Assembly: GCA_021414235.1 (NCBI GenBank)
Contig: JAIOOV010000003.1
Coordinates: forward strand, 37,560-101,559
Reading direction: 5' to 3'
From: Candidatus Parcubacteria bacterium
GTDB taxonomy: Bacteria; Patescibacteriota; Minisyncoccia; Phycocordibacterales; JAKFXT01
Length of the DNA stretch: 64,000 bases
Under the pieces are notes generated by a model. The model was not told the DNA's origin, searched no databases, and saw nothing but the letters and a program-made list of their open reading frames with translations. The stretch's first letter is position 1. The number at the start of each line of letters is the position of its first letter. The position numbers and the translations under genes were made by a program. Positions 29,600 through 38,714 of this stretch are shown piece after piece.

Positions 29600-30844
29600 A
29601 TGGATCACCCCCCACAGAAGGAATACGAGACGGAGGTCGTCGAGTACCCTTGGATACCAAGCACTACTAAGAACCGCCAGCAGAAAAAAAGCCTCAAAAG
29701 CTCCCCTATCGCCGCGCCGGATAAACTGTCACGACTGATCGCAGAGCAGAATCCCCAGACGCCCTTCCTGGCTGTCGACCTGGATGTCATCGCCGCCAAC
29801 TACAGATCCCTCCGCACCAACCTGCCGAAAGCGGAGGTCTTTTACGCAGTGAAAGCCAACCCAGAGCCAGAGGTGGTCCGTCTCCTCGTAGGACTCGGCT
29901 CCTCCTTCGACGTCGCGAGCCCTGCCGAGATAGAGCTCGTCCTCGGAGCCGGCGCAGAGGCGAACCAGGTCTCCTACGGCAACACCATCAAGAAGGAGCG
30001 CGATATCGCCTTCGCCTACGAGCAAGGCGTCCGCCTCTTCGCCTTCGATTCCGAAGAGGAACTCCTGAAGATCGCGCGAGTGGCCCCGAGATCCAAAGTC
30101 TTTTGTCGGATACTCACCAGCAATGAAGGCGCAGAGTGGCCGCTCTCACGCAAATTCGGCTGCGAGATAAGTATGGCCCGCGATCTCCTCATCAAAGCGC
30201 AGGAACTCGGCTTAGAGCCGCACGGAGTTTCCTTCCACGTAGGCTCACAGCAGACTCGTCTGGATCAGTGGGATACGCCACTCCGCGAAGCCTCTGAACT
30301 ATTCACCTCGCTCAAAGAGGCTGGTATCACCCTCTCCATGGTCAACATCGGCGGAGGACTCCCTGCACACTACCAGAACGACATCGAACCAGTAGAGGCC
30401 TATGCCGCCGCGATCTCTGATGCGATGACGAAGTCTTTCAGGACAGAGCAGCCGCAGATGATCATCGAGCCAGGTCGCTCGCTCGTCGGCGACTCCGGCA
30501 CTATCGAGACAGAGATCGTCCTTATATCTAAGAAGTCCTACACAGACGATGTCCGCTGGGTCTACCTCGATATCGGAAAATTCGGGGGTCTCGCCGAGAC
30601 GCACGACGAAGCCATCAAATACCGCATCGAAGTGATCGGGCGCAGCGGCCCCACCGCCCCCGTGATCCTCGCCGGTCCCTCCTGCGATTCCGTAGATATC
30701 CTCTACGAGAAGTTCCAGTATCAGCTGCCGCTCTCGATGAGGGTGGGTGACCGCATCCGCATCCATGCGACCGGTGCATATACCTCGAGCTATTCCTCCG
30801 TCGGCTTCAACGGCTTTGCGCCGCTGCCCACCTATTGCATCTAG
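29600..30844 (+). CDS. Ornithine/lysine decarboxylase (fold type III PLP)
   Basis: FYAVKAN, FDVAS, WPLSRKFG, SFHVGSQ, EPGR, GPSCDS, GAYT. Confidence 0.95.
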   Translation: MDHPPQKEYETEVVEYPWIPSTTKNRQQKKSLKSSPIAAPDKLSRLIAEQNPQTPFLAVDLDVIAANYRSLRTNLPKAEVFYAVKANPEPEVVRLLVGLGSSFDVASPAEIELVLGAGAEANQVSYGNTIKKERDIAFAYEQGVRLFAFDSEEELLKIARVAPRSKVFCRILTSNEGAEWPLSRKFGCEISMARDLLIKAQELGLEPHGVSFHVGSQQTRLDQWDTPLREASELFTSLKEAGITLSMVNIGGGLPAHYQNDIEPVEAYAAAISDAMTKSFRTEQPQMIIEPGRSLVGDSGTIETEIVLISKKSYTDDVRWVYLDIGKFGGLAETHDEAIKYRIEVIGRSGPTAPVILAGPSCDSVDILYEKFQYQLPLSMRVGDRIRIHATGAYTSSYSSVGFNGFAPLPTYCI

Positions 30845-30860
30845 AGAATAGCAGGAATAG

Positions 30861-30898
30861 ACTGCCACCAGACCAAAGTAGGTCTGGTGGCAGTTTTG
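30861..30898 (+). terminator. Intrinsic terminator
   Basis: ACTGCCACCAGACC / GGTCTGGTGGCAGT followed by T-tract. Confidence 0.85.
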
Positions 30899-30926
30899 CA
30901 ATCCTTCAACCTTAGAGCAGGGGCAC

Positions 30927-31184
30927 ATGCCAATCAAACGGATTAACGGACGCACCACTCAATACAAGGGACGCTCCAGACAGGCACGCCCTGGAACATC
31001 CCGGGCCCTTAGGACCCAAGAGCAAGACCAAGAGGTAACCCCGAGCGACAAGGTCGCATGGACGGCCAAGCCGCCTGCAAAAGAGACCAGCCGTCCTTCT
31101 GCACAAGCGAGCGCTCGTGCCGCGCGCGATCTCCTCGACAAGAAGGCTGCTGCGCGAGCTGCTGCCAGAACCTCCACCACCTGA
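30927..31184 (+). CDS. Basic Ala/Arg/Lys-rich low-complexity protein
   Basis: ATG preceded by AGGGG and followed by a strong hairpin. Confidence 0.55.
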   Translation: MPIKRINGRTTQYKGRSRQARPGTSRALRTQEQDQEVTPSDKVAWTAKPPAKETSRPSAQASARAARDLLDKKAAARAAARTSTT

Positions 31185-31193
31185 CCGATACAA

Positions 31194-31295
31194 CCCCGCC
31201 CGCCGTTCCTCAGAACGGCGGGCGGCGATTCGTTTACATACAAAAACAAAAGACCCCCTTGCTCTGCTGCGCGGAGTTGCGCGCAGCAGAGCAAG
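31194..31295. terminator. Two long GC-rich hairpins between convergent ORFs
   Basis: CCGCCCGCCGTTC/GAACGGCGGGCGG and CTTGCTCTGCTGCGCG/CGCGCAGCAGAGCAAG. Confidence 0.7.
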
Positions 31296-31307
31296 ATGGG
31301 TCCGAGA

Positions 31308-31538
31308 TCAGACGAGGAGAGACCGGAGCCAGGGATAGATATTCATCCATCCGTGAAGCCAGGGATAGTACTCGCTGTCAGCGAGAAACGTACCGATGCT
31401 GGCGGCGAAATAAAGCAGAAGAAGGAGAGCGAGGAAGGTGCGAATGTTGCCGTTACCAACGCATTCACCCTCGAGGTAGGCCCGTGAGTGGTTCTTGACC
31501 ACTTCAAAGTCGATAAGCTTCGAATCGGAGTTTGCCAC
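31308..31538 (-). CDS. Small membrane protein
   Basis: One TM segment; upstream TTGACA(31600-31595)-17-TATAGT(31577-31572) promoter. Confidence 0.55.
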   Translation of the reverse strand: MANSDSKLIDFEVVKNHSRAYLEGECVGNGNIRTFLALLLLLYFAASIGTFLADSEYYPWLHGWMNIYPWLRSLLV

Positions 31539-31616
31539 GGTGTTCCCCCTTCGGAACGTTAAGCTGTTTTAACTATACACACAATATACATATCTGTCAA
31601 CCCCCTCTCAAACAAA

Positions 31617-31647
31617 GCAAAAACCACCCTTTTGGGGTGGTTTTTGC
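31617..31647 (-). terminator. Terminator of the 16S transcript
   Basis: GCAAAAACCACCC-TTTT-GGGGTGGTTTTTGC. Confidence 0.85.
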
Positions 31648-31794
31648 GAGTATTACTATCCTTTCTTTTGTTCCGTTCTAACCGTCCTTTCCCGGTACGG
31701 TGTCGGTCGCTCCAATTTAAGGTTTAAGAGCGATTACCTACTTCTTGCGAAGTATCGGCCGATCAGTCCTAGGCTTGCGCCCGGACATTTCAAT

Positions 31795-33289
31795 TTGAAT
31801 AATTCCACGAACAGCTTCCGCTACCCGTGCCTTGTTACGACTTACTCCCTGTCACCGAGCTTACCGTGATCCCGCTTGCGCGGGGCTTCGGGTATTCCCG
31901 GCTCCCTTGAGTTGACGGGCGGTGAGTACAAGACTTGAGAACGTATTCACCGCGGTATAGCTGACCCGCGATTACTAGCGATTCCGGCTTCATGGAGTCG
32001 AGTTGCAGACTCCAATCTGAATTGGGGCCACCTTTCTAAGGATTTGCTCCGGCTCGCGCCATTGCGTCCCGTTGTAGTGGCCATTGTATCACGTGTGTAG
32101 CCCAGGGTATCTAAGGGCATGCTGACCTGGCGTCATCCTCTCCTTCCTCCCCCGCAGCTACGCACCTTTCTTTTTAGAAAAGCTGCGCAATTGCGGGGGC
32201 AGTCTCGCCTGACACTTGAAACAGGCAACGAGGGTTGCGTTCGTTACCCCACTGAAGGGAACAGTTCAAACCACGAACTGACGACGGCCATGCACCACCT
32301 GTCTAGCCGCCCTTGTGAGGCGCTAAATCTTTCGGCTTAGCTTCGTCTAGATTTCTAACCCTGGTAAGGTTCTTCGTTTAACGTCGAATTAAACCACATG
32401 ATCCACCGCTTGTGCAAGTCCCCGTCTATTCCTTTGAGTTTTAACCTTGCGGTCGTACTACCCAGGCGGTTTTCTTAACGCGTTAGCTTCGCCTCTCAGA
32501 GGGTCGATTCTCCGAAAAGCCAGAAAACAAAGTTTAGGGCGTGGACTACTGGGGTATCTAATCCCATTCGCTACCCACGCTTTCGTGTTTGAGTGTCAGA
32601 AATGCGCCAGCATGCTGCCTTCGCTTTCGGTGTTCCCCATAATATCAACGGATTTCACCCCTACACTATGAGTTCCGCATGCCTCTCGCACTCTCTAGTC
32701 GTACCGTTTCCCCCGCAGATCCAGGGTTGAGCCCCGGGTTTTAACAGAAGACTAATACGACCACCTACACACCCTTTACGCCCAATGATTCCGGATAACG
32801 CTTGGGGCCTCTGTATTACCGCTCCTGCTGGCACAGAGTTAGGAGCCCCTTATTCATGAGGTACCGTCAATTACTTCTTCCCTCATAAAAGACCTTTACG
32901 TCCCGAAGGACTTCATCAATCACGCGGCGTCGCTCCGTCAGGCTTGCGCCCATTGCGGAAGATTCTCGACTGCGGCCACCCGTAGGTGTATGGACCGTAT
33001 CTCAGTTCCATCGGTGGGGGTCAGCCTCTCAGCTCCCCTAAGCGTCGTCGCCTTGGTAGGCCATTACCCTACCAACTAGCTGATACTGCGCAGGCTTCTC
33101 CAGAAGCGATAAATCTTTACTCTCGCGAGACTATCGGGAATTATCCTGCCTTTCGGCAGGTTATGCCCGACTTCTGGGTAAATTCCTACGTGTTACTACC
33201 TCGTCTGCCGTGGGTCTAACCCACTCGACTTGCATGCCTTATCCACGCCGCCAGCGTTCATCCTGAGCTAGGATCAAACTCTAATAAAA
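31795..33289 (-). rRNA. rrs: 16S rRNA (Parcubacteria-like, no anti-SD, not linked to 23S)
   Basis: AGAGTTTGATCCTAGCTCAG at the 5' end, AAGTCGTAACAAGG near the 3' end; ends approximate. Confidence 0.98.
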
Positions 33290-33563
33290 GAGATGTTGTC
33301 GCGATACAAAGCTTGCGCCTTGTATCGGGACACTATATCCGTTCGAACGGAACAAGAGAAAAGATAGTCTTTACTCATGCGTTTCGATGGTACTCAGGAC
33401 TCCTGTTGATTAGACAGGATCCGAAATCATTTTTTGGAATAATTCTACTCCAACTTGCACAAGACCAATGTCTTGTTTGGCCCCTCGCAGCCGATGAGGG
33501 CGGAGGGGCTATGTCGTAACTTTTTCAAACATCAAGCCTCACCCATTCGTGAGGCAGGAATGC

Positions 33564-33591
33564 ATTATACGCACGGGGAACCCTAAGTCAA
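33564..33591 (-). promoter_or_regulatory. 16S rRNA promoter
   Basis: TTGACT-16 bp-TATAAT; boxA-like GATGTTTGAAAA at 33533-33522. Confidence 0.8.
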
Positions 33592-33670
33592 GGAGCCCTG
33601 GAGGGCCCTTGACGAGGGGCTGAAATAAGGGCATTTTATGCCTCAGTCCCGTCCCCCACCGAGGTGATCC

Positions 33671-33973
33671 ATGCGCCACTTCTCCCTGGCCATCTTGGCC
33701 TTCGTGGTTCTCGGTTTCCCCCCAAGCTCCGCAGGATGGATGTCGGTCCCAGAGGTCGAGGAGTGCAGTATCTTCGAAGTCGGCAGGACCGGCGTACTGC
33801 GGGCCGAACTCAATGAGACGACGAGGAAGAGGCGGGTATGCAGGATCCCCTGCCAAGCGGATCCCGCAATTCCAGCCTTCGCCCGCCACCCCGCCATCAT
33901 CAAATTCGAGCCCAAAGAAGAAAGGTACTTCTTCAAGTGCGTACAAGAAGGGCCGATGAAGATTGAACGCTGA
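33671..33973 (+). CDS. Small secreted hypothetical protein with 4 Cys
   Basis: Signal-peptide-like N-terminus; GAGGTG 4 nt before the ATG. Confidence 0.55.
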   Translation: MRHFSLAILAFVVLGFPPSSAGWMSVPEVEECSIFEVGRTGVLRAELNETTRKRRVCRIPCQADPAIPAFARHPAIIKFEPKEERYFFKCVQEGPMKIER

Positions 33974-34032
33974 AGCAGAAAGCGCCTGACGACCCATCGT
34001 CAGGCGCTCCCCTTTTTATATACGAACACCGC

Positions 34033-34941
34033 CTACTTCCTCCGCTGCCACACTTCCGCAGTCACCAAGAGAGGCGACGCGATGAAGATCGAAGAGTAGG
34101 TACCTGCGATGATACCCACGAGGAGGGCGAGCGAGAAGTGCTGGGTAGAGTGGCTACCGAAGACATAGAGCGCCACGAGTGCAAGGACGGTGGTGAGGGA
34201 GGTATTGATAGAGCGAGCGAAGGTCTGGGAGATACTCTTCCCCACCGTCTCCTCGAAGGTCTCCCGGATACCCTTCTCGGAGTTACGACGCAGATTCTCA
34301 CGCACGCGGTCGAAGACCACGATGGTGTCGTGGATGGAGAAACCGAGGATCACGAGGAGCGCAGTCACGAAGAGTGTATCCACTTCTGCACCCGTGTAGT
34401 GGCCGAGGACGGCGAAGAGGCCGACTGGGATGATCACGTCGTGCGCGAGGCCCACCACCGCCATGAGGCCGTACTTCCAAGAAGAGACAGGTGCAGAGAC
34501 CTTGCGGAAGGCGAAAGCGATAAAGAGCACGATAGCGAGGATCACGAGCAGGATAGAGAAGAGCGCCTTAGTGCGAAGCTCCTTGCCCACGGTAGGCCCG
34601 ATAGCATCAAAACGCGTCTCCGTGAGCGGCACCGTGCCCCCACGAGAAAGGACCGTCAGGGCATCCGCGTGGCCGCTACCCTCCAGGAAAGGAGTGCGCA
34701 AGATGAAGCCCTGCTCACCCGTCGGGCGCACTGAGTAGCCGCGGAAAGCGGGGTTCACATCGAGATCGAGCTTGATCACCTCGATATCCGGACGCTCGGC
34801 GGCATATTCCACCTCCATGATGGAACCGCCTTTAAAATCGATGCCGAAGTTGAGCCCGAAGACCGCCACCGCAGAGAGCGAAGCGACGAGGAGGAGCACC
34901 GAGAGGAGGTAGAAGGCTGCGCGGTGTTTAACGATGAACAT
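34033..34941 (-). CDS. secF: Protein translocase subunit SecF
   Basis: GIDFKGG, GFSIHDTIVVFDRVREN, RSINTS. Confidence 0.97.
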   Translation of the reverse strand: MFIVKHRAAFYLLSVLLLVASLSAVAVFGLNFGIDFKGGSIMEVEYAAERPDIEVIKLDLDVNPAFRGYSVRPTGEQGFILRTPFLEGSGHADALTVLSRGGTVPLTETRFDAIGPTVGKELRTKALFSILLVILAIVLFIAFAFRKVSAPVSSWKYGLMAVVGLAHDVIIPVGLFAVLGHYTGAEVDTLFVTALLVILGFSIHDTIVVFDRVRENLRRNSEKGIRETFEETVGKSISQTFARSINTSLTTVLALVALYVFGSHSTQHFSLALLVGIIAGTYSSIFIASPLLVTAEVWQRRK

Positions 34942-34942
34942 A

Positions 34943-36280
34943 TTATTTGTTGGAAAAGCCATTACCGAAGAGGAAGCGGACCGCGCCCTCGTTCTTACGG
35001 AGACCAAGGCCCAAGGAGAAGAGGAGCGTACGGGTCACAGTGATTGCGGTGAACATGGAGACGAGCACGCCGATGACGAAGACGAGGGCAAAGCCTTTAA
35101 TGATCGGTGTGCCACCCATCCAGAAGAGGATGGCAGCCGTGATGATGCTTGAGAGGTTTGAATCCCTAATGGAGAGCCACGCGCGCGCGAAGCCCTCACG
35201 CACCGCATCATTGAGCAAGCTGCCATTGCGGAGCTCTTCCTTCATGCGCTCGAAGATGAGGATGTTGGCATCTACCGCCATACCGATGGAGAGGATGAAG
35301 GCAGCGAGGCCCGCGGCAGTGAGCGTCACCGGGATGAGCTTGAAGAGCGCCAGGTTAAGGCAGACGTAGAAGATGAGCGCGATAATCGCGAGAAAACCAG
35401 GGAGACGATACCAGAGAAGCAGGAAAGCGGCGATGAGCGCAAAGCCGATGAGACCCGCGTAGACGCTGCGCGCAGTAGCCTCATCACCAAGGGATGCACC
35501 GATGGTCTGGGTAGAGACGAGCTCGATCGGCACGGGGAGCGCACCGTAGTTGAGGTCGCGCACCAGAGTACGCGCTTCCTCCGGAGTGAACTGCCCGAAG
35601 ATCTGAGCCTGTCCGTTCGGGATAGATTCGCGGATGACCGGAGTGGATATCGCTGCGCCGTCGAGGAAGATGGCGAGAGTGCGTCCCGTGTTCTCACGAG
35701 TGATCTTGGCGAACAGCGCCTTACCTTCATCATTGAACTGCAGAGCGACCAGAGGCTCTCCGCTCGTCGAATCGAATTCGAGTGTGGTGCGCTCAAGGAG
35801 ACGACCGGTGAGTCCGGTCTCCTCAAAAGCACTCTTCAACACCTCCGGATCTGCGAGCGTGTCGAGAGAGATTCCCTGCTTCAAGAGCTTGAATTCGAGC
35901 TCGGGAGTAGCGCCGATCATCTTGATAGCCTTGTCGATATCCGTGACTCCCGGGAGCTCCACGATGAGACGCTCTTCTGGAGAACCCGTAAGAAGACCTG
36001 AGCGCTCTACCTGAACCAAGGGCTCGGAGACACCGAAGAGGTTGACCCGGCGCTCGATGACACCGCGAAGAGACTCCATAGAGCTCGCTACATCCCCTGC
36101 CGCGAGCTTGGTAGTATCCGCGCGATACACGAGATGCGCCCCTCCCTTGAGGTCGAGACCAAGGACGAAGGGGAACCGGCCGAGAGCGGAGGATGGCTTC
36201 GTTTCAGAGTTATATACAAACGCAGCGATGAGGCCGGCAGCAAGGATGAGGGCAGCAGCCCCGAGTCGTATTTTCCACAT
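34943..36280 (-). CDS. secD: Protein translocase subunit SecD
   Basis: LGLDLKGG, GMAVDANILIFER, AWLSIRDSN. Confidence 0.97.
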   Translation of the reverse strand: MWKIRLGAAALILAAGLIAAFVYNSETKPSSALGRFPFVLGLDLKGGAHLVYRADTTKLAAGDVASSMESLRGVIERRVNLFGVSEPLVQVERSGLLTGSPEERLIVELPGVTDIDKAIKMIGATPELEFKLLKQGISLDTLADPEVLKSAFEETGLTGRLLERTTLEFDSTSGEPLVALQFNDEGKALFAKITRENTGRTLAIFLDGAAISTPVIRESIPNGQAQIFGQFTPEEARTLVRDLNYGALPVPIELVSTQTIGASLGDEATARSVYAGLIGFALIAAFLLLWYRLPGFLAIIALIFYVCLNLALFKLIPVTLTAAGLAAFILSIGMAVDANILIFERMKEELRNGSLLNDAVREGFARAWLSIRDSNLSSIITAAILFWMGGTPIIKGFALVFVIGVLVSMFTAITVTRTLLFSLGLGLRKNEGAVRFLFGNGFSNK

Positions 36281-36333
36281 AGGCGCTAGTATAGCCGCTA
36301 AACAGCTCTGTGCAACTTCGATATGCAAATAGG

Positions 36334-37248
36334 CTACTCCACCCCGAAGATCCTTTTCAGCTCAGCGATGCCCTCTTCAAGCCTCACCTTAGGCTCCCAG
36401 CCGAGGAGCTCCCGCGCCTTCCTGTTGTCCGCCATGGAATCATGCGCTTCGATGCGCGCCGGGCCATAGACGATCTCGCCCCCGAAGAGGTCTGCCAAAG
36501 CCTTGATGGAAACGTTGCGCCCGGCGCCTACGTTTACCACCTCACCCTTCCCCACCCGAGGACTTTCTGCCGCAAGGAGATTTGCTGCCACCACGTCGCT
36601 TACATGAGTAAAGTCGCGGGTCACCGTACCATCCCCATAGATAGTGATGGGTGTACCGTTTTTTCTTGCAGAAAGGAACCTGCCGATGGCGAGCGCATAA
36701 GGACCTTCAGGGTCAAGTCCAGGACCATAGACATTGAAATAGCGAAGAGAGACGGTCTCGATCCCATAGATCTCTGACCACATGCGCGCAAAAAGTTCGC
36801 CGACATACTTCTGGAGACCGTACGGATTCACCGGGTTCGCAGGCAGACCCTCGGAAAGAGGGAGCGTCTCCTGGGATCCATAAGCGGAGCCGGAAGCAGA
36901 ATAGACGACACGGCGCACCTTGGCCCGGGCAGCGGCAGTAAGTACGGAGACGGTGCCAGTGATGTTCTCGTCGGTTGTCTCGACCGGGTGCTCGATGGAG
37001 TACGGCACGCGCGGGATAGCGGCGGTATGAAAAACCACATCCGCACCTTCCATAATCGTCTGGATCTTGTCAGTCTTGCGCACATCTACCTCATGAAGCA
37101 CAGCTTCCTTGGGCAAGGTCGCTCGGCGAAGCGATGGATCCTTATCGATGATGGAGACCTCCCATCCGGCTTTGACGAGGGCGGCGGAGAGATTACTTCC
37201 GATGAATCCAGCACCTCCAGTGACCACCGCTTTTTGAGACTGTCCCAT
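36334..37248 (-). CDS. NAD-dependent nucleotide-sugar epimerase/dehydratase
   Basis: TGGAGFIGS, YGLQK, RYFNVYGP. Confidence 0.93.
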   Translation of the reverse strand: MGQSQKAVVTGGAGFIGSNLSAALVKAGWEVSIIDKDPSLRRATLPKEAVLHEVDVRKTDKIQTIMEGADVVFHTAAIPRVPYSIEHPVETTDENITGTVSVLTAAARAKVRRVVYSASGSAYGSQETLPLSEGLPANPVNPYGLQKYVGELFARMWSEIYGIETVSLRYFNVYGPGLDPEGPYALAIGRFLSARKNGTPITIYGDGTVTRDFTHVSDVVAANLLAAESPRVGKGEVVNVGAGRNVSIKALADLFGGEIVYGPARIEAHDSMADNRKARELLGWEPKVRLEEGIAELKRIFGVE

Positions 37249-37263
37249 GTCGCCGATTATACA

Positions 37264-38598
37264 CTACGCGCCCGAGCGAGAGAGGATTGTCTTTATGGTC
37301 TTAAGCGCGATCTTGAGATCGAGGACGAGGGAGCGGTTCTTGAGATAGTAGAGATCGTAGGAGAGCTTGCGGCGGGTCTCGGGGATATCTACGCCATGAT
37401 GAGGGTGAGCGTCATGGTAGATCTGCGCCCAGCCGGAGAGGCCCGGAGTGATGAGGTGACGGAGGTGATAGAACGGAATGGCGGCGACATACTCAGCGAC
37501 GAGCGCGGGCAATTCGGGACGCGGACCGATGAGCGAATAGTCTCCCCAGAGAATATTCCAGAGCTGCGGCAGCTCATCAATACGGGTCTTGCGGAGGAAG
37601 GCACCTACCGGGGTTACCTTGTTCACTACGCCAGCCACACCCTGCACGCCCTTGTCGTCGACGGACATGGACATGGAGCGGAACTTGATCAGACGGACGG
37701 ATTTTCCCTCCTTGCCGATGCGTTCCTGGTGAATGAAGAGCGGCCCTCCATCCTGGAGCTTCAAAGCGATCCAGACGAAGGGATAGAAGACGAGAGAGAC
37801 TGCGCCGAGCACTGCCGCGAGGAGGATATCGAAGGCACGGCGCATGGCGCTGTACCAAAGAGACACTTCGTTCACATATTCGATCGCCCAGTTAGGCTTC
37901 AGGAGCGTAAGCGGCATGCGGTCAAAAATCTCTTCATAGAGGCGACCCGCATCGACAAAACGCACAGAGGGCTTCCCGTAGAGAGCGGAGGAGATAGTGC
38001 TCGCCACGGAGGAATCGTGAAAGTCAGCGACAATGAGGGAGGCTCCGCTCTTCTCGAGAACTTCCGGAAGCGCGGAGAGGTCGTCCTTGAGGATGACCGG
38101 AAAATGGAACGAGTAACGCGGATTCTGATTAATCTCTCGGGCGAGGTCCTCGATATCTTCCCCGGAACCTATGAGTATCGCCTTCTCGCGGGAGCGGAGT
38201 GCGAGGAGTTCCGGACCATAGAGGCGCCAGAAGAACAGGAGCCCGGAAGAGACCAAGAAGTAGAGGAAGAGACTCGTCTTAGGGTTGATGCCATAGGAAG
38301 GGCTCACATAGAAAAACGCTACCGCTATCCCCGCATTCGCGATCTGGGCGTTCGCGAGAAGAAGAGCGAGCTTCCTCTTGAAGAAGAGCGTGTGCTTTTC
38401 ATAAAGACCGGCGATGAAGAAAACCACGATCCAAAATACGGAGAGGATGGAGAACGGGAGGGCGTGCAGGCTCCAGAGAGATGCGCTCGGCACCTCGAGA
38501 TAGCGGAGATAGAGAGCGAGCCAGAGACCGACGGCGAAACACGCTAAGTCACCCGCAAGGAGTACGAAGGGCTCGCGGCTCTTCGGAGAAATTTTCAT
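37264..38598 (-). CDS. Polyprenyl glycosylphosphotransferase (priming sugar transferase)
   Basis: KFRSM, RIDELPQLWN, GPRPE, PGLSGWAQ. Confidence 0.93.
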   Translation of the reverse strand: MKISPKSREPFVLLAGDLACFAVGLWLALYLRYLEVPSASLWSLHALPFSILSVFWIVVFFIAGLYEKHTLFFKRKLALLLANAQIANAGIAVAFFYVSPSYGINPKTSLFLYFLVSSGLLFFWRLYGPELLALRSREKAILIGSGEDIEDLAREINQNPRYSFHFPVILKDDLSALPEVLEKSGASLIVADFHDSSVASTISSALYGKPSVRFVDAGRLYEEIFDRMPLTLLKPNWAIEYVNEVSLWYSAMRRAFDILLAAVLGAVSLVFYPFVWIALKLQDGGPLFIHQERIGKEGKSVRLIKFRSMSMSVDDKGVQGVAGVVNKVTPVGAFLRKTRIDELPQLWNILWGDYSLIGPRPELPALVAEYVAAIPFYHLRHLITPGLSGWAQIYHDAHPHHGVDIPETRRKLSYDLYYLKNRSLVLDLKIALKTIKTILSRSGA

Positions 38599-38714
38599 AC
38601 GGTATATTATCCCACAGAGTCACCACTTTGACAATGTGTTCAAAAAGTGTTACTTTTAGGGCGATTTCAGGGTTACCTAAGGATAACTCTCCCCGACCAC
38701 CCAAAGTCACACCT

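Noticed and set aside
36988-38547. 519-aa plus-strand ORF
   Set aside because: Antisense to the sugar transferase; no recognisable motifs.
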